A stretch of 64,000 nucleotides of DNA from Octopus sinensis (GCF_006345805.1 NC_043002.1:13392001-13456000); one strand, 5' to 3'. Positions 14,151-25,973 are shown, numbered from the stretch's first letter. Notes: generated by a model from the letters alone, not told the origin. Translations and numbers: made by a program.

Positions 14151-14348
14151 AATATATGCAAATTTAAAAATAAAAAAAAAATATACAGTATTTTCTATTT
14201 CATGGATTTTCACCTACTGCGTGGTGGTTTTGGAATGTAAACACCCATGATAGTCGATTGCTGTAGCAGTTTTTTATATATATATATATAGTTACCGATA
14301 TGTATATCTTTGTGCATGTATTTATATGAATAATTTTTCTATTTTCAG

Positions 14349-14591
14349 AATTGGTGGTACAGTAGGTGCTATCATAACATGTCCACTTGAAGTTCTGAAA
14401 ACACGACTACAATCCTCAGTTGCCACGTTTCACCATTCTTCGGTGTATGTTCCGTCTCCGGTCTCCACACACTCCCTTGCACCCCAAACTTTCGTTGGAT
14501 TACGTTCACCAGGTTACAATGCATTGGAACTGTCTCAGAATTTACTAACAAACCGACCAAGAGTTTCATTTGGAATCTATGTATGTCTACG
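14349..14591 (+). CDS. SLC25A36: Carrier coding exon 2, copy 1 (243 nt, phase 2-2): [23 protein letters not shown]...GIYVCLR
   Basis: Acceptor ttttctattttcag|A at 14348/14349 and donor CG|gtaagt at 14591/14592; encodes helix 1 and signature motif 1. Confidence 0.92.
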
Positions 14592-15470
14592 GTAAGTTAC
14601 CGAACCAAAATTGGTCTTTGCATTCTTTAACTAGTTTAGAGCATTTTGGAGTAAAGTCAGTAATGCCTTCAAGAATTTGAGTCAATAACATTAAACCTGG
14701 TGTTTCAATGAGCATAAATGATACTGGTAAGAATCCTAAGATGCTGTGGGGAGAGAATATTGAAGGAGAGAGAGAGATGGTGGCAGGGTGATAATAATAA
14801 CACTTTTGAATAGAGGCACATGGATGCAGTTTTGAAGAAGTGTGCATATACATGTATATATATGTGTGTATAGTAGAGTATTAAGAGCACCATCTGTGCG
14901 TGATCATTGCCAGAGCAGCTATCTGGCCTCCGTGCCGGTGGCACGTAAAAGGGCACCATTCGAGCGTGAGTGTTACCAGCATTGCCTTACTGGCACCTGT
15001 GCCAGTGGAATGTGCAAAAGATTCGAGTGAGGTCTTTGCCAGTACTGCTTGACTGGCCCCATGCCGGTGGCACGTAAAAGCACCCACTACACTCTTGGAG
15101 TGGTTGGCGTTAGGAAGGGCATCTAGCTCTAGAAACTCTGCCAAATCAAGATTGGAGCCTGGTGCAACCATCTGGTTCGCCAGCCCTCGGTCAAATCATC
15201 CAACCCATGCTAACATGGAATGTGGACGTTAAACGATGATGATGATGATATATATGTGCATATACTGTAAAAACCTATGTAATTTGCACACCTGTGTAAT
15301 TTACGCAGGTGATTTTCAGGATAAAAATTGTTAAAAAAAAGCTTCTACTTGTGTAAAATTTGCATCCAAAAGTTTTCAGAATGATATATATATATAAATA
15401 TATATATATATAGTTACCGATATGTATATCTTTGTGCATGTATTTATATGAATAATTTTTCTATTTTCAG

Positions 15471-15713
15471 AATTGGTGGTACAGTAGGTGCTATCATAAC
15501 ATGTCCACTTGAAGTTCTGAAAACACGACTACAATCCTCAGTTGCCACGTTTCACCATTCTTCGGTGTATGTTCCGTCTCCGGTCTCCACACACTCCCTT
15601 GCACCCCAAACTTTCGTTGGATTACGTTCACCAGGTTACAATGCATTGGAACTGTCTCAGAATTTACTAACAAACCGACCAAGAGTTTCATTTGGAATCT
15701 ATGTATGTCTACG
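15471..15713 (+). CDS. SLC25A36: Carrier coding exon 2, copy 2 (identical 243-nt duplicate)
   Basis: Same sequence as 14349-14591 at offset +1122, with intact acceptor (cag ending 15470) and donor (gtaagt at 15714). Which copy is used is unknown. Confidence 0.75.
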
Positions 15714-16254
15714 GTAAGTTATCGAACCAAAATTGGTCTTTGCATTCTTTAACTAGTTTAGAGCATTTTGGAGTAAAGTCAGTAATGCCTTCAAGAATTT
15801 GAGTCAATAACATTAAACCTGGTGTTTCAATGAGCATAAATGATACTGGTAAGAATCCTAAGATGCTGTGGGGAGAGAATATTGAAGGAGAGAGAGAGAT
15901 GGTGGCAGGGTGATAATAATAACACTTTTGAATAGAGGCACATGGATGCAGTTTTGAAGAAGTGTGCATATACATGTATATATATGTGTGTATAGTAGAG
16001 TATTAAGAGCACCATCTGTGCGTGATCATTGCCAGAGCAGCTATCTGGCCTCCGTGCCGGTGGCACGTAAAAGCACCCACTACACTTTCAGAGTGGTTGG
16101 CGTTAGGAAGGCATCTAGCTCTAGAAACTCTGCCAAATCAAGATTGGAGCCTGGTGCAACCATCTGGTTCGCCAGCCCTCGGTCAAATCATCCAACCCAT
16201 GCTAACATGGAATGTGGACGTTAAACGATGATGATGATGATATATATGTGCATA

Positions 16255-16375
16255 TACTGTAAAAACCTATGTAATTTGCACACCTGTGTAATTTACGCAG
16301 GTGATTTTCAGGATAAAAATTGTTAAAAAAAAGCTTCTACTTGTGTAAAATTTGCATCCAAAAGTTTTCAGAATG

Positions 16376-16411
<36 letters not shown>

Positions 16412-16575
16412 CACCATCCGGTACGAATGTTTACATTTGTATGTTATTTTTCAACAAAAAAAAAACTTTCTAAATAAAATCTGGAAATGATCTACTCATG
16501 TAATTTACACACCCACTAAAGTTTATTTTTGTTTTTGCAAAAAAAAGTGCGTAAATTACATGTGTTTTTACAGTA
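16255..16575. mobile_element. Tc1/mariner-pogo-type MITE with internal (TA)n
   Basis: TIR tactgtaaaaacctatgtaattt / aaattacatgtgtttttacagta; its left half is duplicated at 15263-15412. Confidence 0.75.
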
Positions 16576-16867
16576 TATGAAATATATATATATATGTATT
16601 ACAGAGATGTACTTGCATAGCAAGTGACTTGATCTGAGATCGTGTGCTGAAACAAAAACAATTGCAGCATAGATGTAAGCCATTTAAGAACACATAAAAA
16701 CCATTAATTTCACTTCACTATTTAAATTTAATTTGTCAAAATATTTCCATCGCTTTGAAACCACGACCTGTTCACTGACAAAACTTAGTGTTACACATGA
16801 CTGAGCAGGGTACAGTGTTGAGGGATGTGATAGTATGAAAGAGGGGACAAGACAGGGATAGGTTTTC

Positions 16868-17233
16868 GGATCTTTTCGCTTTGACCGGCAGATTTTTAAA
16901 ATATTTTCTTTGTAACTAAAGACTTTTAAACTTTGTATACTGGTAGAATGTGTTTATAAAACATCTTTTTCTCTTGGTGTTCTTGAGAAAATAATTGTTG
17001 TTGACAACGATCCGGCAGAAATTGGATTCACCTCAATAAACGTCATTGATTGGTTGAAATTACCGAAATGCAAGAAATTAAAGAACAAATAGTTTACAAA
17101 CTACAGAATTTTCTCAAGAAAACCAAGAGAAAAAGATGTTTTATAAACACATTCTACCAGTATACAAAGTTTAAAAGTGTTTAGTTACAAAGAAATTATT
17201 TAAAAAAATCTGCCGGTCAAAGCGAAAAGATCC
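16868..17233. mobile_element. Foldback variant of the hAT-type MITE (~110-bp inverted arms)
   Basis: 16868-16978 is the near reverse complement of 17123-17233; flanks aggttttc/agtttttt. Confidence 0.8.
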
Positions 17234-18309
17234 AGTTTTTTTTGTCACTGAGGTGAATACATGGCTTGAACTTTTACGGTGCCAGAATTATGGTTAGATA
17301 GCGTCAGAGGCTACACAGGAATTTTGTATTTTATCGGTTGAATGACGTAAGTGTTCTACCTGTTACGTCATTCAGTCTTATTAAAAGTATGTCAACGGAT
17401 GTGCATTATTTAACATGATCATATTCAGTACAGTTTCCTTTGTTTACAAGCCTTACAGATCTGTAATACGAGTCTCATGAATAATTAAGGTCTGTGTAAA
17501 TATTGTAGGTAAGCAAAGCAGAATGATAACCTTTGACCTCTATATTAATATACCTGCATAGCATCGAGTTTGGCTGCTATTATCAGAGTTCACCTTGTTG
17601 CAAGTATTTAGATCTTGTTGGCGGTGTGCCTTTGTTGCACTCTTTCTTTCTTTCTTTCTTTCTTTCCTTCTCCGTATCTGGCTACATTTTTTACTTCCTA
17701 CGTTGACCTACATATGTTCAGACTGATTACTGCATCGCCTCCTCCACTTCCTCTGTTTAACCAAATGGGAAAGAAAATTCATATGGAAGACAGTGTCACA
17801 GAGCTTGAATTTTTAACCAGTTTTACATCACACTGTTGTTCAGGTTGCTGTTGTAGACCCAATAGTCTCTCTACTTAGATATATTAGCAGGGTAACTAAA
17901 TAATCACTTGGTCAACTTGAGGTTTGTTTGTTCATAACCAATCCGTCTCATAATTAGAGTGCTGTCCCATAATTTGACACTATCTATTCTGGAAACTGGG
18001 TTAAGTTCTACTTTGATGAGCCTGAAGTCAGATAGCAAACTTAAGGCTAAGATTTATTAAATCATATATCATGATATTATATTTAATTTTTATATACCTT
18101 GAGCAAGGTGCAAGCATGGCTGTGTGGTAAGAAGCTTGCTTCCCAACCACATGGTTCCATGTTCAGGCCCACTGTGTGACACTTTGGGCCAGTGTCTTCT
18201 TCTATAACTTCTCAGGCTGGCCAAAGCCTTGTGAATGGATTTTGTGGACTGAAACTGAAAGCAGCCCATTGTGTGTGTGTAAATATACACACATATATAT
18301 ATATATATA

Positions 18310-18519
18310 GGCGGCGAGCTGGCAGAACTGTTAGCACACCGGGCGAAATGTGTAGCCGTTTTTCGTCTGCCGTTACGTTCTGAGTTCAAATTCCGCCGAG
18401 GTCAACTTTTCATCCTTTCGGGGTCGATAAATTAAGTACCAGTTACGCACTGGGGTCGATGTAATCGACTTAATCCGTTTGTCCCCTCTAGGTTTAGCCC
18501 CTTGTGGGTAATAAAGAAA
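18310..18519 (+). mobile_element. SINE family B
   Basis: Head ggcggcgagctggcagaa, B-box-like gagttcaaattcc, tail aaagaaa. Confidence 0.8.
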
Positions 18520-19519
18520 CATAAAAAGCACCCACTACACTCACGGAGTGGTTGGCGTTAGGAAGGGCATCCAGCTGTAGAAACACTGCCAGATAAGACT
18601 GGAGCCTGGTGCAGCCTTCTGGCTTTCCAGATCCCCGGTCGAACCGTCCAACCCATGCTAGCATGGAGAACGGACGTTAAACGATGATGATGATGATATT
18701 TATATATGTACACACACACACTTATATGTATATATATATATATAAATATATATGTCCATGCCATCATGAAGGTGATGTTAAACGATAATGATGATGATTT
18801 ATGTGTGTGTGTGGGTCTTTGTCTGTGTTTGTCTCCCCGCTCCCCCATCACTGCTTGACAACTGTTGTTAGTGAGTTTACATCCCTGTAACTTAGTGGCT
18901 TGGCAACAGAGATCGATAGATCTGAGTACAAATGTCTTGTTTTCATAAGTTTTGATTTAAAATCTTTCACCAAACTTTAGTCATAATTTATGATGCTAAC
19001 ACTAGCTGAATGATAACTAAGTGATTTTACTATAATCTTTGTTATATTTAAAGTAATTGAAAGAAACACAGAGCATCTCAAAATAATTACAGTTCAGCTT
19101 TATGTTCCCTAAGACTGGTTGTTTGCTTTCCATGGTGTATAGATGACTAATATCACAACATACTCCTGAATGGGACACTGACCTCAAGGATAGCAATTTT
19201 GAAGGGAAGAGTCAAGTCAGTTCCTTCAACCACAGTCCTTGACAGGTACTTGATTTTATTGACCCCCTAAAGGGATGAAAGGTGAAGTTAACCCTGGCAG
19301 GACTTAGTTCCACACTTAAAAATAATCACATATTGCCTACAACAGAACCCAAAATGCTGCCCCTGTGGCAGACCACAGCCTGGCTAGCTACACTATTGGA
19401 TTCATGGTTACCCTGCATTATACAACTATGTTCTAGCAGCTATATTCTAACAATTATATGGGGGCACATAGCTTAGTGGTTAGGGTTTTGTTGGAATTTT
19501 TGTAAATATTTATAATGAT

Positions 19520-19875
19520 TGAAATCGATCAAAAATCAATGGAAATTGTAGTTGTGATACCAGTGCTGGTGGCACGTAAAAGAACCATCCGAACGTGGCT
19601 GTTGCCCGCGCCGCCTCGACTGGCCTCCGTGCCGGTAGCACATAAAAAGCACCAACTCATCGTGGCCGTTGCCAGTCACCTCTGGCCCCTGTGCCGGTGG
19701 CACGTAAAAAGCACCCACTACACTCACGGAGAGTGGTTGGTGTTAGGAAGGGCATCCAGCTGTAGAAACACTGCCAGATCAGACTGGGCTTGGTGCAGCC
19801 TCCTGACTTCCCAGACCCCGGTCGAACTGTCCAACCCATGCCAGCATGGAAAGCGGACGTTAAATGATGATGCTG
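19520..19875 (+). mobile_element. RTE LINE 3'-UTR fragment (family C)
   Basis: gaaattgtagttgtgatacc start shared with the 34700 and 36400 copies; ends in a (GAT)n tail. Confidence 0.8.
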
Positions 19876-20325
19876 ATAATGTGAGTTGTATCAATAATTG
19901 CAGAGACTCATCGGTCTCCGTTTGATTTTGCTGAGGGGAATCAGGATCAGTTTCTGGTTTTATTGTTAAATATGGAGCAGTGCGGTTTGCTTTGTTGTCT
20001 ATTGCTGAATATAGAAATATTTCATTTATAAGATCTTTGTGTAGAGTGTTATTTTTTGGGAGGTGGAATTTTGAGGATTTCTATGGGGTATCATTAATCA
20101 GTATTATTAATTGTAGGTTTATTGAGATTTTGATTTATTTGAGTTTGTGCAAGTTATCCTCGATTGTAAGATTGTACTTTTCAGTTCCTGGACCGGGTGA
20201 CACATTGTGTTCTTAAGCAAAACACTTCATTTCATGCTTCTCCGCAGTCCACTCAGCTGGCAAAAATGAGTAACCTTGCGACAGACCAGTGTCCTGTCCA
20301 GTGGGTAAACATATATATATGTATA

Positions 20326-20671
20326 CGAGTAAAACGCTCCTCTGTCCGATGGACGGTACTGAGTTGACAAACATTTAAACCAAATTTTCTCAAAACTTGT
20401 CCGACCATCCCATAGGCCTGATTTAACCTAAATTTGAGACACCAGCAAAAGAAGAAATTAAGATGGATTTTTTTCTATTTCAAAGAAAAACGATTTCCCA
20501 CGGCTTTATCGCATTCTCACCTGGAATGGTTTTTTTAAATTTTTTCAAGACTTATACATGCCCTGATACCGTCTGTATCTACATATCAAATTTGAGCGCA
20601 ATCGGATGAAGGATGCCCTAGATCCTAGAAGCCACACACACAGACAGACAGAATATATTTTATATAAGAGA
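20326..20671 (-). mobile_element. Non-autonomous Helitron-like element inserted in a SINE
   Basis: Minus strand begins a|TCtcttatataaaa...ctgtctgtctgtgtg and ends in a gtcc-atc-ggac hairpin followed by CTCG|t (CTAG variant). Confidence 0.55.
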
Positions 20672-20956
20672 TATATATGCCATGAAAACCAGGAAAGCAG
20701 CCCTTATGAGTCCATAGGGCTCAAGAAGAGTGGGCCTTGTGTCTAGAGTAGAAAAGAATATGTATCTGTATGACCTCAATAAGGTCATCATGCATGAGAA
20801 AAGCATGTTTTCCACACTTTAAAGTGGTTGATATAAGGGCATCCAACTGTAAGAATCATGCCAAAGTAGAGACGTTAGAGCTCAGTGCAGTCCTGTCAAA
20901 CCATCCAACACATGCCAGCATGGAACAATGGTGATGATATATATATATATATATAG

Positions 20957-21089
20957 ATACTTATTAATAAGGGTTCAGGAAAGATTTGCTTTACCACATA
21001 CCGAAGTTTAGAAATAGCAGCCAAAAAATCTTAGCTAAACTTCGGTATGTGGTAAAGCAAATCTTTGCTGAACCCTTATTAATAAGTAT
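20957..21089. repeat. Near-perfect inverted repeat: 55-bp arms, 23-nt loop
   Basis: 20957-21011 versus the reverse complement of 21035-21089 shows one mismatch. Confidence 0.95.
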
Positions 21090-22276
21090 TACTTAAGTTT
21101 ACCGTGAAATGGTCCTTTTTTCATACCGAATTCTACTTGGTGAAATTATTGATTACTTCTTAATTTAATAATTTTACCCTTTGTTATTGTATATATAGAT
21201 AGATAGATATGTTAAATGATAATGATATACATATATAAATATATATATATACACACACACACACATATATCGTCATTTAACATCTGCTTTCCATGCTGGC
21301 ATGGGTTGGATGGTTTGACTGAGGACAGGTGAGCCAGAAGGCTGCACCAAACTCCAATCTGATTTGGCAAGGTTTCTACTGCTGGATGCCCTTCCTAACA
21401 CCAACCACTCTGAGTGTGTGTGTGTGTGTATGTATATATACAAACACACACATCCTGACTGGCTCTTGTACCAGTGGCATGTAAAAAGCACCATCCAAAC
21501 GTGATCGATGCTAAGCCTGCCTGACTGGCTGCTGTGCCGGTGGCACGGAAAAAGCACCCACTACAATCTTGGAGTAGTTGGCATTAGGAAGAGCATCCAG
21601 CTGTAGAAACATTGCCAGATCAGATTGGAGCCTGGTGCTGGCTTGCCAGTCCTCATTCAAACCGTCCAACCCATGCCAGCATGGAAAGTGGATGTTAAAC
21701 AATGATAATGATGTCACACAAGCATACACATACACACAGGCAAATACTTATATTCTTGCAAACAAACAATTATTCTACAAAATATGGTGTAGTTTCCCTC
21801 AATATCTCCTTGCTTGGGAACAAGTAAAACTTGGCAACAGGAAGGGCATGTCGAAAATTTGATCCTTTATACACTCCATATGCTTTTCTCTTGTATTGTA
21901 CTATATATTCTATATAGGAGTTTTTCTTTTGAGCACCACTGAATTAAGTTGTCTCCGTATATTTGTGACTTAAATTAATATATATGTATATACATATATA
22001 TAAATTGTGGTTTTCAACCAGGGTTCTGCCTGTACAGTCCAGGGGTTCCGCAAGAAGTTACAAAACTGCTAAAATTGGCAGTAATTTTTAATTCTCCTGT
22101 GCAGATATGTGTGCATAAGACTTAAATTATTGCACAGGGGTTCCTCGAGCCAGTGGAATGTTTCTTTGGGGTTCTACCCCAGCAAAAAGTTTGAAAAGCA
22201 CTGATGTATATCAATATATTCATTGAGATACACAGAATGTCACTCTCTTCCCTACCTACCTACCTACCTACATATA

Positions 22277-22329
<53 letters not shown>

Positions 22330-23019
22330 ATTCATATACACACACATAATCATTGATTTTATTTCTGTTTTATCATGCTAACATGAGCGAAACAAAATTA
22401 TTGGAGCAGGTTTTTCTGCTGTGGAAACTACTTCCTTTAAGCACACTTGATTTATTCAATTGTTTCCAGGTAATTTCCCACCCCCATGATTTGTAGAATA
22501 TTGGGTCATGAATGACAATAGTTTTATGATTGTGACATTTATTTACAACTTTTCATGCAAGGTCAAGACAAGGAGATACACAGACACTCTCTCAATTAAA
22601 AAAAAAACAACAAAAAACAAACACACATACACATGCGCAAATATATACAGACATACACAGTCTTTATATTGTGTAATGTCACTTGCTTCACCTTTGTTAT
22701 TTCTTAGTATATAACTTAGTGTAATTGGTTAACCAATTCGCTAGTAACTAATAAAAGAAGAGCCAGTGTGTGTGTTTACTTTGGTATTATGACCCTCTCA
22801 ATAGACAGTGAAATATGTTTCAATGCAAGAGTTTGTCATTAAGCAATCTTGCTATCCAAATACAAAAATTAAATAACATAGTATGCGTTGTTTTCTTTTT
22901 GTAACACTTACATATGGATAGGGCTTGATGGCAAACTATATGCTTTGGGACTATTTTTTTAGGGACTGATTATCTTTCATGTATACTGTGTGGTTTGTGT
23001 TGTGTGTTTTAATATTGAT

Positions 23020-23630
23020 GGTGGCGAGCTGGCAGAAACGTTAGCATGCTGGGCGAAATGCTTAGTAGTATTTCGCCTGCTGTTACATTCTGAGTTCAAA
23101 TTCCGCCGAGGTCGACTTTGCCTTTCATCCTTTCAGGGTCGATAAATTAAGTACCAGTTACACACTGGGTCGATATAATCGACTTAATCCGTTTGTCTGT
23201 CCTTGTTTGTCCTCTCTGTGTTTAGCCCCTTGTGGGTAGTAAAGAAATAGGCATTTCGTCTGTCTTTATGTTCTGAGTTCAAATTCCGTCAAGGTCGACT
23301 TTGCCTTTCATCTTTTTGGGGTCGATAACTTAAGTACTAGTTACACACTGGGGTCGATGTAATCGACTTAATCCCTTTATCTGTCCTTGTTTGTCCCCTC
23401 TGTGTTTAGCCCCTTGAGGGCAATAAAGAAATAAGAAATGTTAGCATGCTGGGTGGAATGCTTAGCAGTATTTTGTCTTTACATTCTGGGTTCAAATTCC
23501 GCCGAGATCTACTTTGCCTTTCATCCTTTCAGGGTTGATAAATTAAGTACCACTTGTGTACTGGGGTTGATCTAATTGACTGAGCCCCCCCTCCCCAAAA
23601 ATTCAAGCCTTGTGCCTAGAGTAGAAAAAA
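23020..23630 (+). mobile_element. SINE family B head-to-tail trimer
   Basis: One full unit followed by two 5'-truncated units; aatattgatggtgg duplicated at 23011-23024 and 23629-23642. Confidence 0.8.
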
Positions 23631-24381
23631 TATTGATGGTGGTTGTATAGACTATGTTGTGTGGGTTGTGCACAATTTATTTTGTGTATTGTGGGGATGT
23701 AAACAAACTAACACCAGCAATAGTAAGGGACAAACACGGATGCAAAGAACATGCACATGCATACATAACAGGCTTCCTCACAGTTTTTCTCTACAAAATT
23801 CACACAAGCCATGGTTGGCCAGGGGCTATAGTAGAAGACATTTGTCCAAAGTGCTGAGTAGTGAGATTGAACCTGAAGCCATGTGGTTGCAGAATGAGCT
23901 TCTTAGCCGCACAACCATACCTGCACCTTTATTTGTGTGGTTTCCTTTGATCTCCTTGACCTCTGGACAGGCGTGTTCCTGAGTTGTCATCTACCATGTT
24001 TTGTACATATTTTGGGATAAGCAGAGCTGCCAACTCTGTTGTATTTCTTTGAATATTCCAACATACCTACGATTTGGCTATTGGAATTTATATAACCAGT
24101 CAGTACCACCAAACTGGCCCTCGTGCCGGTGGCACATAAAAGCACCCACTAAACTCTCGGTGCATGGAAAGCGGACGTTAAATGAAAAATGATGATGAGT
24201 TCTTTCATTATACTGATTGTGTAGCTTTCACTTGATGCTAGCCTCTTCATTTTTAAAAAATTTATTTACTTATTCACGGTAAAGTATTGATGATGTGTTG
24301 CTTAAAGTCAGACGTATGTCTGCTAATAGTCCAAAGTTATTTAACATCCAATGTCTATTAGAAAACATAAGGTCATTGCTT

Positions 24382-24609
24382 TTAACTCTTTCATTACCAA
24401 CCTGGCTGAAACCAGCTCCTGCTTTGAGTACAAATGTCTTGTTTTCATAAAGTTTGAATTAAAATCTTCCACCAAACCTTAGTCCCAAATTATGTTCGTA
24501 ACACTAGCTGAATGATAACTAAGTTATTTTACTAAATTCTTTCTTATATTTAATGTAATTGAAAGAAACACAGAACATCTCAAAATAAATACGGTAACGA
24601 AAGGGTTAA
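24382..24609. mobile_element. piggyBac-type MITE (~230 bp)
   Basis: TTAA-c(t/c)ctttc...ggtaacgaaaggg-TTAA ends; other copies at 43480, 43733, 46842 and 50856. Confidence 0.8.
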
Positions 24610-25088
24610 AATCCTAGTTACACCTGGAGACTTCATACATTCACATACTTACATATATTACCTCACTATATCCATGACAATCTTTTGGTCGTATGGTTTG
24701 AGATCATAGTTACTGTTTTCCCTCTGCGCTACTCATTAACCTCAGATTGAGGTTCATGAAATTAAACGTTTAATTACAGGGTTGAAAATACTGCTACTTC
24801 TGCATGAACCTGGTGATTTGAGACCTCTGAGTATAGTGTTAAGATTTTAGTTACTGGCCTTGCACATAAATATTCATGGCTGTTCAGGTGTGAGTTTTCA
24901 GGTGTAAAAGTTTGTTTTGACATATAACACAGTGGTGTCAATGCATTTAATAGGAGAAAACAAAAGAAAATACTTCTAAGTTCCTCAGCCTGCTAATTAA
25001 GCAGAGATCCTTTCCCCACAAGAAATCCCAGCCCTGGACCATCTAATATTTGAATCATAAATCATAACACTACTGTTATTATATTTCT

Positions 25089-25474
25089 TATTTCTTTACT
25101 GCTCACAAGGGGCTACACACAGAGGGGACAAACAAGGACAGACAAACGGACTAAGTCGATTATATCGACCCCAGTGCGTAACTGGTACTTATTTAATCGA
25201 CCCTGAAAGGCAAAGTCAACCTCAGTGGAATTTGAACTCAGAACGTAGCGGCAGACGAAATACCTATTTCTTTACTACCCTCAAGGGGCTAAACACAGAG
25301 AGGACAGACAAATGGATTATATCAACCCCAGTGCATAACTGGTACTTATTTATCAATCCTGAAAGGATGAAAGGCAAAGTCGACCATGGCGGAATTTGAA
25401 CTCAGAACGTAGTGGCAGACAAAATACTGCTTAGCATTTTGCCCATATGCTAACGTTTCTACCAGCTCGCCGCC
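25089..25474 (-). mobile_element. SINE family B dimer
   Basis: 18-bp TSD tactgttattatatttct at 25071-25088 and 25488-25505 encloses both units. Confidence 0.85.
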
Positions 25475-25973
25475 TTGAAACGTTATATACTGTTATTATA
25501 TTTCTAATAAGTAGACTACCCAAGTTTTCCATCTACTTTTTACTATATTAAAGACTTAGGCTTAGATAAAATAGCTGTAACATGGTACAGGTATATTGTT
25601 GGTGTTGACCAACTGAAATCTTGCGTTATCATTTATATTTAAATATTTTGATTGAGGGCTTAATGTAAGTATGAGCACTTTGTGAATGAACTCGGGTTAG
25701 TATTTAATATTACAAAGATTAAGATTAATCTTGTGACTGGCAAACTGCATATTCAAATTGATTTATGATAAAGAAATTACATGAAAGAAACTTAGGAAGT
25801 TGGTCATAAAATATTATATGATTACTTACTGGGTTGTTTTATTTTGAAGAACTTCATACTTCCTTAAGAAATAAATACTAAAATTTTTATAATTATTTCG
25901 TGAATTATAATCTTTTTTTCTTTTAACCTATTTGATGTGAATCCTCCTGAAATAATCTGATTGATTCTGTTGT

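Larger units (their letters stand above)
14275..16410 (+). repeat. Tandem segmental duplication (~1.1 kb unit) containing coding exon 2
   Basis: Anchor gttaccgatatg at 14291 and 15413; unit ends gttttcagaatga at ~15384 and ~16376. Boundaries fall in (TA)n tracts at 14275-14290, 15385-15412 and 16377-16410. Copy 2 lacks 129 bp of an RTE-tail repeat. Confidence 0.95.

Noticed and set aside
14326-14348. ATG-started [11 protein letters not shown] as the real N-terminus (also at 15448)
   Set aside because: This stretch is the polypyrimidine tract and AG of the acceptor; homologues have a separate first exon spliced in the same phase.
19880-20170. Nearly open minus-strand frame, and similar ORFs at 34492-34747
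   Set aside because: Internal stops and no recognisable motif; possibly old transposon sequence but unassignable without a search.
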